Shown here one piece after another: positions 29,824 through 39,612 of a stretch of DNA of 64,000 bases. Location of the stretch: the sequence record MK308676.1; one strand, written 5' to 3'. The first letter of the stretch is position 1. Every line of letters starts with the position of its first letter. Under the pieces are notes generated by a model. The model saw only the letters and a list, made by a program, of their open reading frames with translations. It did not search any database and had not been told where the DNA came from. A program made the translations under genes and the position numbers.

Positions 29824-29850
29824 TCCTATCTCCCTCGGGAGATAGGAGGT
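29824..29850. terminator. bidirectional terminator
   Basis: CTCCTATCTCC-CTCG-GGAGATAGGAG between convergent genes. Confidence 0.75.
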
Positions 29851-29853
29851 TTC

Positions 29854-30147
29854 TTATTGCTTCAGTAGCATACTTAGAGAGTCTAGCTTAGCCGCTAACT
29901 GTTCTTTATGGCCTGCGTCCATATGAGTGATTTCCATCTTACCCACAAAGATGCGTCCTTGTTCAAACATCTGGTCATTGAACCATACTAGACAAGGATA
30001 GGAATGAGGCCAGTTAGTCACAGCGTTGCGTACTTCCTTTCGACTGTAACCGCTATCTTTAATACCCATCGATTGATAGAGGGCTTGGTTAAAGCCCGCC
30101 TGTGTGTGGACGAGGTAAACCCCGCCAACGATTTTCTCAAAGTTCAT
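29854..30147 (-). CDS. hypothetical protein
   Basis: 97 aa, translationally coupled to sbcC. Confidence 0.7.
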   Translation of the reverse strand: MNFEKIVGGVYLVHTQAGFNQALYQSMGIKDSGYSRKEVRNAVTNWPHSYPCLVWFNDQMFEQGRIFVGKMEITHMDAGHKEQLAAKLDSLSMLLKQ

Positions 30148-32630
30148 TAACTCATCTCCACTACAGTGTTGTACTCGCCATGGATTTGAACATTGTTCGT
30201 ATTCATAGCGATAACGTCACAGTTAGCAATGCCGCCGTATTCGGAAGCGAAGTGCGAAATCATGATAAGCTGAGAGATAGCGCCCGTGCTAATTAACTTA
30301 CGAATAAACGCAAGCAGATTAGCTCGGTGAGCATAGTCAAAGCTACTGCCGATTTCGTCCATAAATAAAGGATAGCCCGCAAGTTCTTTCTGAGCCATGA
30401 TGACTAGAGTAGCCGCTAGGTTAATGACGTCCTGTTCGCCAGTACTACCTACTTTAATGTCGGGACGTTCATCGCCATCCACGTGCATCGTAAAGTTGAA
30501 CGATAGTTTCTTCTCATCTTTAGGAACCGAGATTAGAAGTTCGTGTTCCCAAATCTCACCCAAGATAGAGTTAACGCTAGCACAGAACTGGTTCAAGCTT
30601 TCTCTTAACTGACGACCGATAAAGCCATGTTGAGGAGAGATAGCTTTAACTAGTCGGTCAAATGCTTTCTTACGCTGAGCTAGTTGCTCGTTCTCTGAAG
30701 CCAGGAACTGACGGCGCTTCTCTAAGTCTTCCCAACGAGTCAAAGAGTTACGCATTGTACCTAGACGGCTTTGCATCTCTTTTACCTTGTTGGTAATTTC
30801 TAGAGTCGCTTCGTTATCAACCCACTCATGGAACAAACGGTCACGCTCTTCTACAAGCTTATCCATTTGGTTCTTGTAAGAAGTCAGCGCAGAGAACATT
30901 TGCTCTAGTTTACCATAGACGCGTACAGTATTGCCCCAGTTAACTTTCTGGACAATCATTTCATCGTAGCGTTTAGTTAGCTCAGTGAAACGACCTTCAG
31001 CGTTATCTGTTTCAGATAGCTTGATGAGGTATTGATATTCCTTCATCTTCTCTAGTTCGCGTTCTAAGCGTAGTTTCTCGTTCTCCTTAGCCAATCCATC
31101 TAACTCATCAGAGAAAGCCTGCATGAGAACGTGAGGCGCTCTAAGGATGTCATCTGCCTTACCAATCTCCGTCCAGATTTTACTGAACATAGGGTATTGC
31201 CCTAAAAGACCAGTAACACGAGTCCGGTTAGCCATATAAAGGTCAACCTTATCCTGTTCAGCTACTCGTGCTTCTAACGTCTTCTCTGCTTCATCCAAAG
31301 CATTGCGTCCATTCTGAATGTTCGCTTCCAACTGGGCCATCTTCTCGTCTGACATAGAGTCGTTACCCAGAATGCGAGTATCACAATTAGGACAGACAGT
31401 GTCAGACTGCTTAGCTAACACAGCATGATGATGGATGGTTTCAGCACGGTCTAGCTTCTGTTTAATTTCAGCCACACGAGTCTTAGCCGCTGCGGTGGCA
31501 TCGGTAATAGTCTTTACTTCTTCCTGACTAAAGAAGTCTAGAGAAGTAGGAATGTGGTCAGCCACAGAAGCAAAGTTACCGATTAGCAACTTAAGAGAGT
31601 TGGTCGCATCCGTGTAGTTCGTGTAAACACCGATAATGGAAGAAGACCATGACTCTAGTTTTTCAGTAAGCGCTTTAATCTGAGCATCCAACTGAGACGC
31701 ATCGATGGTGTCAGGGCATTCTTCCAAGCGCGCCATGACGTCGGAGAGTTCAGCTAGTTCTTTCTGTACGACTTCAATATCACCATCTACTGCTTCCAGT
31801 TTTTCTTTAGCTGAAGCAATGTTTGCTTTAAACTCTTCAAAGCTAGAGAACTGCTGAGGGAAGATAATCTGTTCTTCTTCGTAGTTAAGAATCTGTTTAC
31901 GTAACTGCTGTGCTTTTGGCAAGATAGCTTCTAACTCGCGTTGGTTATTCGCTAACTTAGTTTCAATCGGATTGATGCCATTTAACGACAGATTAGTCAG
32001 AGGCAACAGACTAGTCACCGTTTCCTCTTCTTCCTTTAGACGCATCGCTAACTCTTCCATGTCGCCCATGGAGTCTAACTGAGCACAAAGGTCAGAGTAC
32101 TTAACTGAAAGGTGCTTAGAAGCGCCTACAGCGTCACGCAGTGCTTGTTTTAGCTTATCGTAAGTAGCCAGTGCAAAATCGAAATTAACGCCAGAGATGT
32201 CGATAAGCATATTCTCGCGCTGAGACTTAGACATCGAAGTGAAACGAATATCCTGTGTAAGGATGCGATGCAAGTGAGCGGTGTAGCCCATGTGTTGCTC
32301 AACGAGTTGGTTCTGTACCATTGCGGTACCGCCATCATTAAGTTCCTTACCGTCACGGATAAAGCTATGGTGTGGCTTCTTACCATAATGACTTTCTAGT
32401 TCGAATAGCACGTTATCTATCGATAGCCAGCGAGACTTCTTACAGCCGCCTTCACGAAACTCATTGCGGTCAGTCGTGGTCGGTGTCGCTGCACGGCTGA
32501 TACTAGATTTACCAGAACCGTTTGTGCCCAAGATTAACTGCCAAGGCTGAGCAGGTGTCCAACGGAAGTAATTAATGTTGGATAATGACAACGGTTTAAA
32601 GCCCGTTAGTTCTAGTTCTAAAAGTTTCAT
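30147..32630 (-). CDS. sbcC: SbcC/Rad50-like SMC ATPase
   Basis: Walker A GTNGSGKS, coiled coils with a CPNC zinc hook, signature GSTGE, Walker B LFMDE and His switch. Confidence 0.92.
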   Translation of the reverse strand: MKLLELELTGFKPLSLSNINYFRWTPAQPWQLILGTNGSGKSSISRAATPTTTDRNEFREGGCKKSRWLSIDNVLFELESHYGKKPHHSFIRDGKELNDGGTAMVQNQLVEQHMGYTAHLHRILTQDIRFTSMSKSQRENMLIDISGVNFDFALATYDKLKQALRDAVGASKHLSVKYSDLCAQLDSMGDMEELAMRLKEEEETVTSLLPLTNLSLNGINPIETKLANNQRELEAILPKAQQLRKQILNYEEEQIIFPQQFSSFEEFKANIASAKEKLEAVDGDIEVVQKELAELSDVMARLEECPDTIDASQLDAQIKALTEKLESWSSSIIGVYTNYTDATNSLKLLIGNFASVADHIPTSLDFFSQEEVKTITDATAAAKTRVAEIKQKLDRAETIHHHAVLAKQSDTVCPNCDTRILGNDSMSDEKMAQLEANIQNGRNALDEAEKTLEARVAEQDKVDLYMANRTRVTGLLGQYPMFSKIWTEIGKADDILRAPHVLMQAFSDELDGLAKENEKLRLERELEKMKEYQYLIKLSETDNAEGRFTELTKRYDEMIVQKVNWGNTVRVYGKLEQMFSALTSYKNQMDKLVEERDRLFHEWVDNEATLEITNKVKEMQSRLGTMRNSLTRWEDLEKRRQFLASENEQLAQRKKAFDRLVKAISPQHGFIGRQLRESLNQFCASVNSILGEIWEHELLISVPKDEKKLSFNFTMHVDGDERPDIKVGSTGEQDVINLAATLVIMAQKELAGYPLFMDEIGSSFDYAHRANLLAFIRKLISTGAISQLIMISHFASEYGGIANCDVIAMNTNNVQIHGEYNTVVEMS

Positions 32631-32702
32631 AATAAAATCTATTTTAAATGAATTTCCACTAGACGAATTGTCTAGATAGTTAATCTTAACAAAGGGTTAC
32701 CG

Positions 32703-33785
32703 ATGATTAGTCAAGGCTCTCAGTTCAGAGTCGTCTCGATGGGTATTGTTGCAGAGAACAAACCAAGAGGCGAGAACGAAATCAGAATATGGCCTATTGA
32801 ACTCTATAGCGAACTGAATGACGAAGTACGTCAAGACAGTGACGTGGTTGAGGCAACAGGTACAAAGGAGTCGGGCGAGAGATACCGATTCGAATTAAGA
32901 CGCTCTGCTACTGTCCCTGCTGAATGGTTGGGAGAGAACAACAGAAGAACTTCACCGGATGTCCGTCGAGGCGAGCAGGTCTTCCTATGGCAATCTTCGG
33001 ATGCCGATAAGTATTACTGGACCACTCTGGGACGTAAGAAAGACTTAGACTTACGTCGCTTGGAAACTATCGTCTACGCTTGGTCGGGAGACCCGAATAA
33101 CGAAGACACGGAGTTCAACCTAGACAATGCTTACTACTTTGAGTTGTCTACTCACGATAAGTTAGTAACGTTCCGTACGTCTCAAGCCAATGGCGAGAAA
33201 GTTTCTTATCTTACTCAGTATAACACTGGCGACGGATATTACATTCTGGAAGATTCAGAAGAGAACCGTTTCTCTATCGATTCCATGGAACATCATCTTC
33301 GTTTAGAGAACGCTGACGAGTCTGTGATTGAAATCAATAAGACTGTAGCAAACATCTTTACTAAAGACGAAGTAAACATCCGAACCGATAAGTATACTCT
33401 GGAAGCAACCTCGTCGATTGATGTTAAGACCTCCTCATATACAGAAAAGTCGGATACCTATAAACATTCCGGTGGAACAGTATCGTGGTCCTCTCAGTCC
33501 TTCGACAACACTACCGACAAGTATAACCGCAAAGCTTCTGTGAACACAGTCGGTGGGCCGGTGACATACGACTCCATGAATGCTTTCCCTGCATTTACAT
33601 GTGGCCCTGGCGCTACGGCATCAAGCGGCGGAGGCGGAGGCGACTTCGTAGGCGAAATGAAAGGCGGGCTTAACCATACCGAAGGTAAGATTAAGTCTGT
33701 TGAAATGGAAGTAGATAAACTGGACGTAGGCGCTGGTAAGTTCCAATCCATCGAATGGTCTTCTGCGTCTGGCCCATTGCCATAA
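32703..33785 (+). CDS. baseplate central spike (phiKZ gp164-like; OB fold plus beta-helix)
   Basis: SMGIVAENKPRG...PAEWLG...RRTSPDVRRGEQV N-terminal domain followed by Ser/Thr-rich beta repeats. Confidence 0.7.
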   Translation: MISQGSQFRVVSMGIVAENKPRGENEIRIWPIELYSELNDEVRQDSDVVEATGTKESGERYRFELRRSATVPAEWLGENNRRTSPDVRRGEQVFLWQSSDADKYYWTTLGRKKDLDLRRLETIVYAWSGDPNNEDTEFNLDNAYYFELSTHDKLVTFRTSQANGEKVSYLTQYNTGDGYYILEDSEENRFSIDSMEHHLRLENADESVIEINKTVANIFTKDEVNIRTDKYTLEATSSIDVKTSSYTEKSDTYKHSGGTVSWSSQSFDNTTDKYNRKASVNTVGGPVTYDSMNAFPAFTCGPGATASSGGGGGDFVGEMKGGLNHTEGKIKSVEMEVDKLDVGAGKFQSIEWSSASGPLP

Positions 33786-33830
33786 AAAGAAAATAAGCTT
33801 CTCCCTTACCCGCAAAGGTAAGGGAGGAGT
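33786..33830. terminator. bidirectional terminator
   Basis: CTCCCTTACC-CGCAAA-GGTAAGGGAG with an A-rich tract, between convergent genes. Confidence 0.75.
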
Positions 33831-33832
33831 TA

Positions 33833-35287
33833 TTATGGCACTAGTCGCAGTGAAGAGAACGGAGCATTATAGATGCCCAAGTTATCTTTACCTTGCACAA
33901 TGATTGCATGGCGGAAAGAGACCGGAGTCTTCGTGAACTTCACAAAGTAAATCTTGATTTCTTTCTCTTGCTCGAACATTCGTTTGAATGCAGAAACCTG
34001 AGGCATATGTATGCCCTGCGTTAAACGAACCGTCAGCTTCTTACCTTCGTACTCTGTATCCAGAAGAATCAGTCTATCGAACTCAGTTGACTTGATGGGT
34101 ACAGTTTTACCTTTCGCATTCTCTTCAAAGAACATAGCCGTGATGTCTTGAATGTCGTCATCTAAGTCGCCCGCTTCGAATTGTTCTAACAGGTCTAGTT
34201 TGCGCATACAAGAGTCAACGGCATCATCGGCTAGGCGAGGAATGTCTAGGTAGTAAGTCAACATGACTTTCTTATCTTGAGATAAGATGTTCTTGTTAGA
34301 CTTCTTAAACTTCTGGTTCTCAGAACGAACGAACTCTTCCCAACGTGCCTTCGAAGTGAACGCTGCCCAATCTACTACAAATGGGTAGTCCGCCACACGT
34401 GGTGCAATTTCGTTTTGGTACTGACGCAACTTCGCATACTGCAAACATTGCTCTTTCGCTAAGATAAGACCTTCAGCAGCATCTGGGTCAATCTGCCCCA
34501 AGTTACGCGTCTTCGCTTCAATCTTCTTAGCTTTAGTTGCTTCGTCATCGTCTCCTGATTTAGCTTTAGTTGAGAACGCATGGTTCATGTAAATGGTGCG
34601 CCCATCTACTGTCATAGCTTGTGGACGATGCGAGATGTCTAGCAACTTACCGAAACAAAGGAAAGCGTTAGCCGGAGCTACCTTCTCTTTCTTCGGTTTC
34701 TTAGTCGCTGGTTTCTCGTCTGCTGTTGGCGGAACATCTTCTGTTGCTGGTTCTTCTGGCTCAGAAACATAAAAAGACTTCTCCGTACGGAACTTTTCAC
34801 CTGCTTTCCCTCCCTCTTGGGCGAGTCGCTTACCTTCAGTAGCAGCAGAGTCAGCGTGTTCGTTACCTAGAATGCCAGAGTGACCTTTCACCCACGTGTA
34901 CTGATAACCGACCTTCTTCGCATCGAGCTGCGTTTGTAGCTTATCGATGTCTTCCCAAAGTTCTCGGTTCTTAACGTCAGTGCCCATGCGGGTCATAAAG
35001 TCATTCTGTTTCCACTTCTGTAATGGGCCACGACAGTTATCCATTACGTACTTAGAATCCATGTAGTAGTGCGCTTCTTTATAGTCGCCTTCTAACACTT
35101 CTTCCATTGCGTACTTATAGGCCATTAGTTCCGCAGCGTTGTTTGTACAACCTACGCCACCCGGCCCGTAAACGCCATATTCATTCTTGCCTTCTTCGGA
35201 AGGGTAACACCACGTGCCCCAGCCGCCTACCCAATTATCATCGATAAGGGACGACCCGCCGTCGGTATAAATTTCAATTTTACTCAT
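33833..35287 (-). CDS. rnhA: ribonuclease HI with a long C-terminal extension (phiKZ gp155-like)
   Basis: IYTDGG, TNNAAEL, DSKYV and WVKGHSGILGNEHAD catalytic motifs. Confidence 0.92.
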   Translation of the reverse strand: MSKIEIYTDGGSSLIDDNWVGGWGTWCYPSEEGKNEYGVYGPGGVGCTNNAAELMAYKYAMEEVLEGDYKEAHYYMDSKYVMDNCRGPLQKWKQNDFMTRMGTDVKNRELWEDIDKLQTQLDAKKVGYQYTWVKGHSGILGNEHADSAATEGKRLAQEGGKAGEKFRTEKSFYVSEPEEPATEDVPPTADEKPATKKPKKEKVAPANAFLCFGKLLDISHRPQAMTVDGRTIYMNHAFSTKAKSGDDDEATKAKKIEAKTRNLGQIDPDAAEGLILAKEQCLQYAKLRQYQNEIAPRVADYPFVVDWAAFTSKARWEEFVRSENQKFKKSNKNILSQDKKVMLTYYLDIPRLADDAVDSCMRKLDLLEQFEAGDLDDDIQDITAMFFEENAKGKTVPIKSTEFDRLILLDTEYEGKKLTVRLTQGIHMPQVSAFKRMFEQEKEIKIYFVKFTKTPVSFRHAIIVQGKDNLGIYNAPFSSLRLVP

Positions 35288-35633
35288 TACAGTTAAACCT
35301 TCCTAAGTTAAAATCTTCAACAATGGATTCTAACAGAGCATTATTTTTCTCAAGTGCCTTAACATAAGAACGCACGCTTTCTTTTGGATTACTTGCTGAT
35401 TTGAATTCTTCTTTATCTAAGGCACGGAAACTTTTAAGTTGGCTAAACGCTTTCGGATAGCACGGAACTTTAACTTCTTTAGGAACGTTCACCGGTACTT
35501 CTACGCGCTCCGGTATGCGCACTATGATAGGTTCACTTGGTACTTCGACTACAACTGGCTCTGGTTGTATGACTCTAACAGTACAGCCACTTAAAAGTAT
35601 TACTGCTGCTAAGGCGCTAATCAAATATCGCAT
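35280..35633 (-). CDS. o-spanin (Rz1-like lipoprotein)
   Basis: Signal peptide with lipobox LSGC, Pro/Val-rich linker and helical C-terminus; overlaps the end of the upstream gene. Confidence 0.72.
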   Translation of the reverse strand: MRYLISALAAVILLSGCTVRVIQPEPVVVEVPSEPIIVRIPERVEVPVNVPKEVKVPCYPKAFSQLKSFRALDKEEFKSASNPKESVRSYVKALEKNNALLESIVEDFNLGRFNCNE

Positions 35634-36096
35634 TGTACACTTCTCCTATATCGTCGGCTTTGACGGCTAAAACTTTTATGAGCGTTTCTTTATTCTCTAC
35701 GTCATTGCTTAACCGTGCATTTTCGATTCGCAGTTCGGTCATCTGCTCACGTAGATTTATCTTCTCTGTTTTAACTTCCTCCAAAGCGTCTGTTAGGGAA
35801 ACGGTTTTAGATTTGTATTTGGTCGCTTCTTTAGTTTGAGTGTCGACCTTCTCTTTAAGAGAAGCTATCTCTTTCTCATATTTGGCGACTTCCTTTGCAT
35901 GGTCTTCTTTTAACTGTGCAATCTCGGCTTTAGCTAATGCGAGTTCTGTTTCTAAATCGCTCTGAGCGATTCCGTTAGACAGGGCCGAACTACCCATGCC
36001 AATCATAACCATAAGTAAGAGGATGCCTAAGGCTGCTCCGCCTATTTTAAAGTAGTTGGTATAGTTGGCGTAGTAATAGTCGAATATACGTTTCAT
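35617..36096 (-). CDS. i-spanin (Rz-like)
   Basis: Single N-terminal TM helix followed by a long coiled coil; directly upstream of the lipoprotein. Confidence 0.7.
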   Translation of the reverse strand: MKRIFDYYYANYTNYFKIGGAALGILLLMVMIGMGSSALSNGIAQSDLETELALAKAEIAQLKEDHAKEVAKYEKEIASLKEKVDTQTKEATKYKSKTVSLTDALEEVKTEKINLREQMTELRIENARLSNDVENKETLIKVLAVKADDIGEVYNAIFD

Positions 36097-36195
36097 GGGA
36101 TATCTCCAGTAATAACTTAGTTGTCTAACAAATTCTTTGAGCCTGTATTAATAAAAGCGCTTACAGGCAATATATATATAAATGGGAGCTCTCTT

Positions 36196-37491
36196 ATGGC
36201 CTTAACAATACGCGGCTTTATCCAAATCCCAACCAACGCCAATAACACTGCGAATGCGGTAGCTGGTCTAGGTGAACTGTCGGATAAGGCTTACACGTAC
36301 TCCCGAAACAAACAGTTTGTTTCGGACCCAGATAATGCACCGGATATCGACTTAGTCGTGTTCAATGCCGTTAACGAGTCGGACGCGGCCGTTAATGGAC
36401 TAGACACTGCTGATGTAGCACCTGGTCTTAAACTGATTAATGACATCCACGATAACTTCGACAACTCAGGCTCTTTAACTGACTGGTTGACGGCTAATGC
36501 GGATGCAAGTCTTTCTAACTTCTCACATGGTAACATCATAGTAGAAGGCGGCATTAATATGCCTAACTACATTGAGTTTACCCATACGGATGCGGATACC
36601 ACGACTTACAAGCTATGGATATCTGACGCGACATTCTTAACGGATTACGATTTAAGTGAGACCGTTATTGTGCCTGCTATTTTGCCTGTGACCGACCTAT
36701 ATGCCGATTACACCACAGTGCAAGCCTCCCTAGCTAATTGGTCTAAAATCGATGAGATTAATGCTTTACAAGCAGCAACCGATTCGACTAAGTACACTGA
36801 AGTTACCACTTATGAACTTAAATGGAACGAGCCCACCAACCTAAGTAATCAGATTCAAACTACTTGGATGGTACTAGGCTATGGCCCTGACGGTACTCGT
36901 ACTGACCGTGTGTTAGAAGCTATCCGTAACTACCTAACGGCTAACTCTTCTTACACGGTAGACCAGTGGAAAGAATATCTGCCTGACATCCAAACGCTAG
37001 ACGTGTACAACTTCATTCCTTTATGGGAGAACACGGCACTGGCAGCGGGTCCAGGTATTGACTCTTTACAGCGCCCCGTGTTTAAACAGTCTTCTCTAGC
37101 AAACATCATGACCCAGGTTCTAGTAGGCCGCGATGCAGCGGACTGGACGGACTTCGGTGAGTCTCTGGTAGCTCTGTTCCGTAACATGCCTATCTTAATG
37201 ATAGCAGGTGAAGCAAACGACCCGGCGCGTAACTCTTTCGAGGCATCGTTCCCGGACTACACCATGGTAGCGCTGAACGACCAATCGGCTAACCGCATTT
37301 CTGGTGCAACTCAAGATGCCATCTCGGCACTCGATAGTCTCCTGCGTGCGGCAGAAATAGATGACGGCACCCAGACACTACCTTCGGGCATGACACGTAA
37401 CCAAGTAGCGTCTCGCCGGTTCCTAGAGCGTTCTGTCGGCGGCATTGTTTTCCGTCTAGTAACGAAGTCGTCATTTGAAGAGGTGACCTAA
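36196..37491 (+). CDS. virion structural protein
   Basis: GGGAG RBS before ATG 36196 (431 aa); acidic, structural-type composition. Confidence 0.65.
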   Translation: MALTIRGFIQIPTNANNTANAVAGLGELSDKAYTYSRNKQFVSDPDNAPDIDLVVFNAVNESDAAVNGLDTADVAPGLKLINDIHDNFDNSGSLTDWLTANADASLSNFSHGNIIVEGGINMPNYIEFTHTDADTTTYKLWISDATFLTDYDLSETVIVPAILPVTDLYADYTTVQASLANWSKIDEINALQAATDSTKYTEVTTYELKWNEPTNLSNQIQTTWMVLGYGPDGTRTDRVLEAIRNYLTANSSYTVDQWKEYLPDIQTLDVYNFIPLWENTALAAGPGIDSLQRPVFKQSSLANIMTQVLVGRDAADWTDFGESLVALFRNMPILMIAGEANDPARNSFEASFPDYTMVALNDQSANRISGATQDAISALDSLLRAAEIDDGTQTLPSGMTRNQVASRRFLERSVGGIVFRLVTKSSFEEVT

Positions 37492-38090
37492 TGCCAACTC
37501 CAGTCCATCAGGCTGTGGGTTTGTATGAAGTAAAATCTCCCTTCTCCGTTACGCCCAATGCAGCATATATCTGTGAATCGATTCAAGGCTTCGAGGCTTT
37601 AATTGATAAAGGCGTCAATGTCTATGAGACGTACTACTCGCCTCATAGTTTAACTCAAGCGGATTACGAGAGAGACTTAAAGAATAACGAGAACATCGTT
37701 ACTCTCCTATCTTCAACTGAAGATACGGTTATCTTACCGTCTAGCTACATCCTAAGCTTCCCTGACGAGAAAGCGGTTCCCTATAGCCGAACTTTGTTAG
37801 TGGTAGACTTAGGTGCGTTACCAGACGGCTTTGCAATGACAGCAACTCAAGAACATGTTAAAGAGGTCATAGACCACAACATCGGCATTGAGTCTGTCTC
37901 GAGTTTGGTAGTTGGACCAATTACCAACTATGTAGACTATGCTACGCACGGTGACCGTGAACAAGCCAGACGCGCGAAGATTGATTATGAAGATTCTCCG
38001 TTACGTCAGTTAGCTATTGCGAATGAAACAATCGCAGAGCAAGCCGAACGCATTAAGTTACTTCAAGCACAGCTGTTGAAATACATTTAA
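37491..38090 (+). CDS. hypothetical virion protein
   Basis: 199 aa, stop/start coupled. Confidence 0.65.
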   Translation: MPTPVHQAVGLYEVKSPFSVTPNAAYICESIQGFEALIDKGVNVYETYYSPHSLTQADYERDLKNNENIVTLLSSTEDTVILPSSYILSFPDEKAVPYSRTLLVVDLGALPDGFAMTATQEHVKEVIDHNIGIESVSSLVVGPITNYVDYATHGDREQARRAKIDYEDSPLRQLAIANETIAEQAERIKLLQAQLLKYI

Positions 38091-38097
38091 GAAACTA

Positions 38098-38126
38098 TAC
38101 TCTCTGGCCGCAAAGCCAGAGAGTAT
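38098..38126. terminator. bidirectional terminator
   Basis: TACTCTCTGGC-CGCAAA-GCCAGAGAGTA between convergent genes. Confidence 0.75.
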
Positions 38127-38136
38127 AATATTCTTT

Positions 38137-39375
38137 TTATGCGAACGAATAGATTTCTAAAACGTGTGCGTCTTTATACCCTTCTTTAGGGCGACTGTAG
38201 CCTTGCTCAGCAAAAGCATTCAGTTTAGGTAAAGGCACAACTTCATAAGTCCACGTAGGTCGTCTATTGTCGCCTGTGATGATTTGGACTTCATGTTCGT
38301 TGTAGTCGTTGATTGCAGCATTGGCCATTAACATGTCATCGAAGAACACAATGCCTTTCGGTGCACGATAATGGTAGTAGGTGCGATACAAAGCATTTTT
38401 ACCTAGAGGCTCACGCATGAACGCAAGGTCCGTATTCTTAACCAGCACGATAAAACTATTGTTGTCCACCAGATACTGTTTAGAATCGAAAGTAGAAACG
38501 TTTACGCCATTCCCTTGTAGGTTGGCTGGACTAATCCAACTACGGGTGTGCTCTGGTTTACGAGCCGCACGCTGCATTGCTAAGTAATGGTCCACTTCTA
38601 GAAGAATCTTATCTCGGTCTACAATCTCGTACGAGCCATCGTCTATAGTGTGAAGGTAGCCATCTAGCACTAACAGCGGAACGCAGCCGGACATGTCCTT
38701 ACCAGCATTGATAACCATGCGAGTAACATGGCGCTGTTGGTCATTAAGCGTTCTCGTAACTTCAGTCACAGAACTCTCTTCAATGTTGATGGTTTCAATG
38801 CCGCCAATCTCGGAGAAGTCGATAAGGTTAATGAGTTGGTCTTCTTCCACTTTAAAGCGCTCGTAAGCGCCCAGGATGTACAAGTACTCGCCTTGTAATG
38901 TCATTGGGTGGATAAGTCCGTTGACCATCGCTAAGGACGTCTCAGCGAGTTTAGCGGTGGCTCTCTTATCGAAAGAAGGATAACCCGTCTTAAACTTGAT
39001 GTCTGTTTCCGCACCTTCTGGAATAGGGTTGCCTGCACCATAAAGAACATTAGCGCGGGTTACTTCTGAAGCAACGTCATAGACGTCGAAGACAGAAACG
39101 ACATTTGAGTCACGCAAGCCATTAGCTTTAGTGGTGAGCTGTAAAGCGTCCTCACTTAAAGTTTGTACCCAAGCCGAAAGCGTTAGGGTAGTGTCGGAGC
39201 TTACCATCAAACTGCGATTAACACTGACGTAGAAATCTCTTTCGTACTCGCCATTCCAGTCTACGGTAAAGCGCCCGTTTTGTAGTTTCAGAACTTCGTT
39301 AAGAGTCCAAGAACTAATGTCCTTTTCTTCCCAAGCGTAGTCCTGTTTAACATAGGTTGTTACAATAGTGAACAT
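38137..39375 (-). CDS. virion structural protein (probably baseplate-associated)
   Basis: 412 aa; ETSLAMVNGLIH and PLLVLDGYLH segments typical of phiKZ-like baseplate-region proteins; low-resolution call. Confidence 0.5.
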   Translation of the reverse strand: MFTIVTTYVKQDYAWEEKDISSWTLNEVLKLQNGRFTVDWNGEYERDFYVSVNRSLMVSSDTTLTLSAWVQTLSEDALQLTTKANGLRDSNVVSVFDVYDVASEVTRANVLYGAGNPIPEGAETDIKFKTGYPSFDKRATAKLAETSLAMVNGLIHPMTLQGEYLYILGAYERFKVEEDQLINLIDFSEIGGIETINIEESSVTEVTRTLNDQQRHVTRMVINAGKDMSGCVPLLVLDGYLHTIDDGSYEIVDRDKILLEVDHYLAMQRAARKPEHTRSWISPANLQGNGVNVSTFDSKQYLVDNNSFIVLVKNTDLAFMREPLGKNALYRTYYHYRAPKGIVFFDDMLMANAAINDYNEHEVQIITGDNRRPTWTYEVVPLPKLNAFAEQGYSRPKEGYKDAHVLEIYSFA

Positions 39376-39612
39376 TTCGAGTTCCTTGGGTTAATAAAAC
39401 TAAGCATAGGATTCGCCACTCCGTTATCTCAGAGCGGGCCTAATTTTATGAGCATTCTTGCCTTCCTTATATATAAAGAGGAAGAAGCGAGACTGATAAT
39501 TAGGTCCGTCTAGCACTCTGGCAATTGCGACGGCAATCGCTGGACTAAGACGGGCACCATCTTTTTCGCCATTAGACTTAGCGCGCACAACCTTTTAAAA
39601 GGAGTCTTACTC

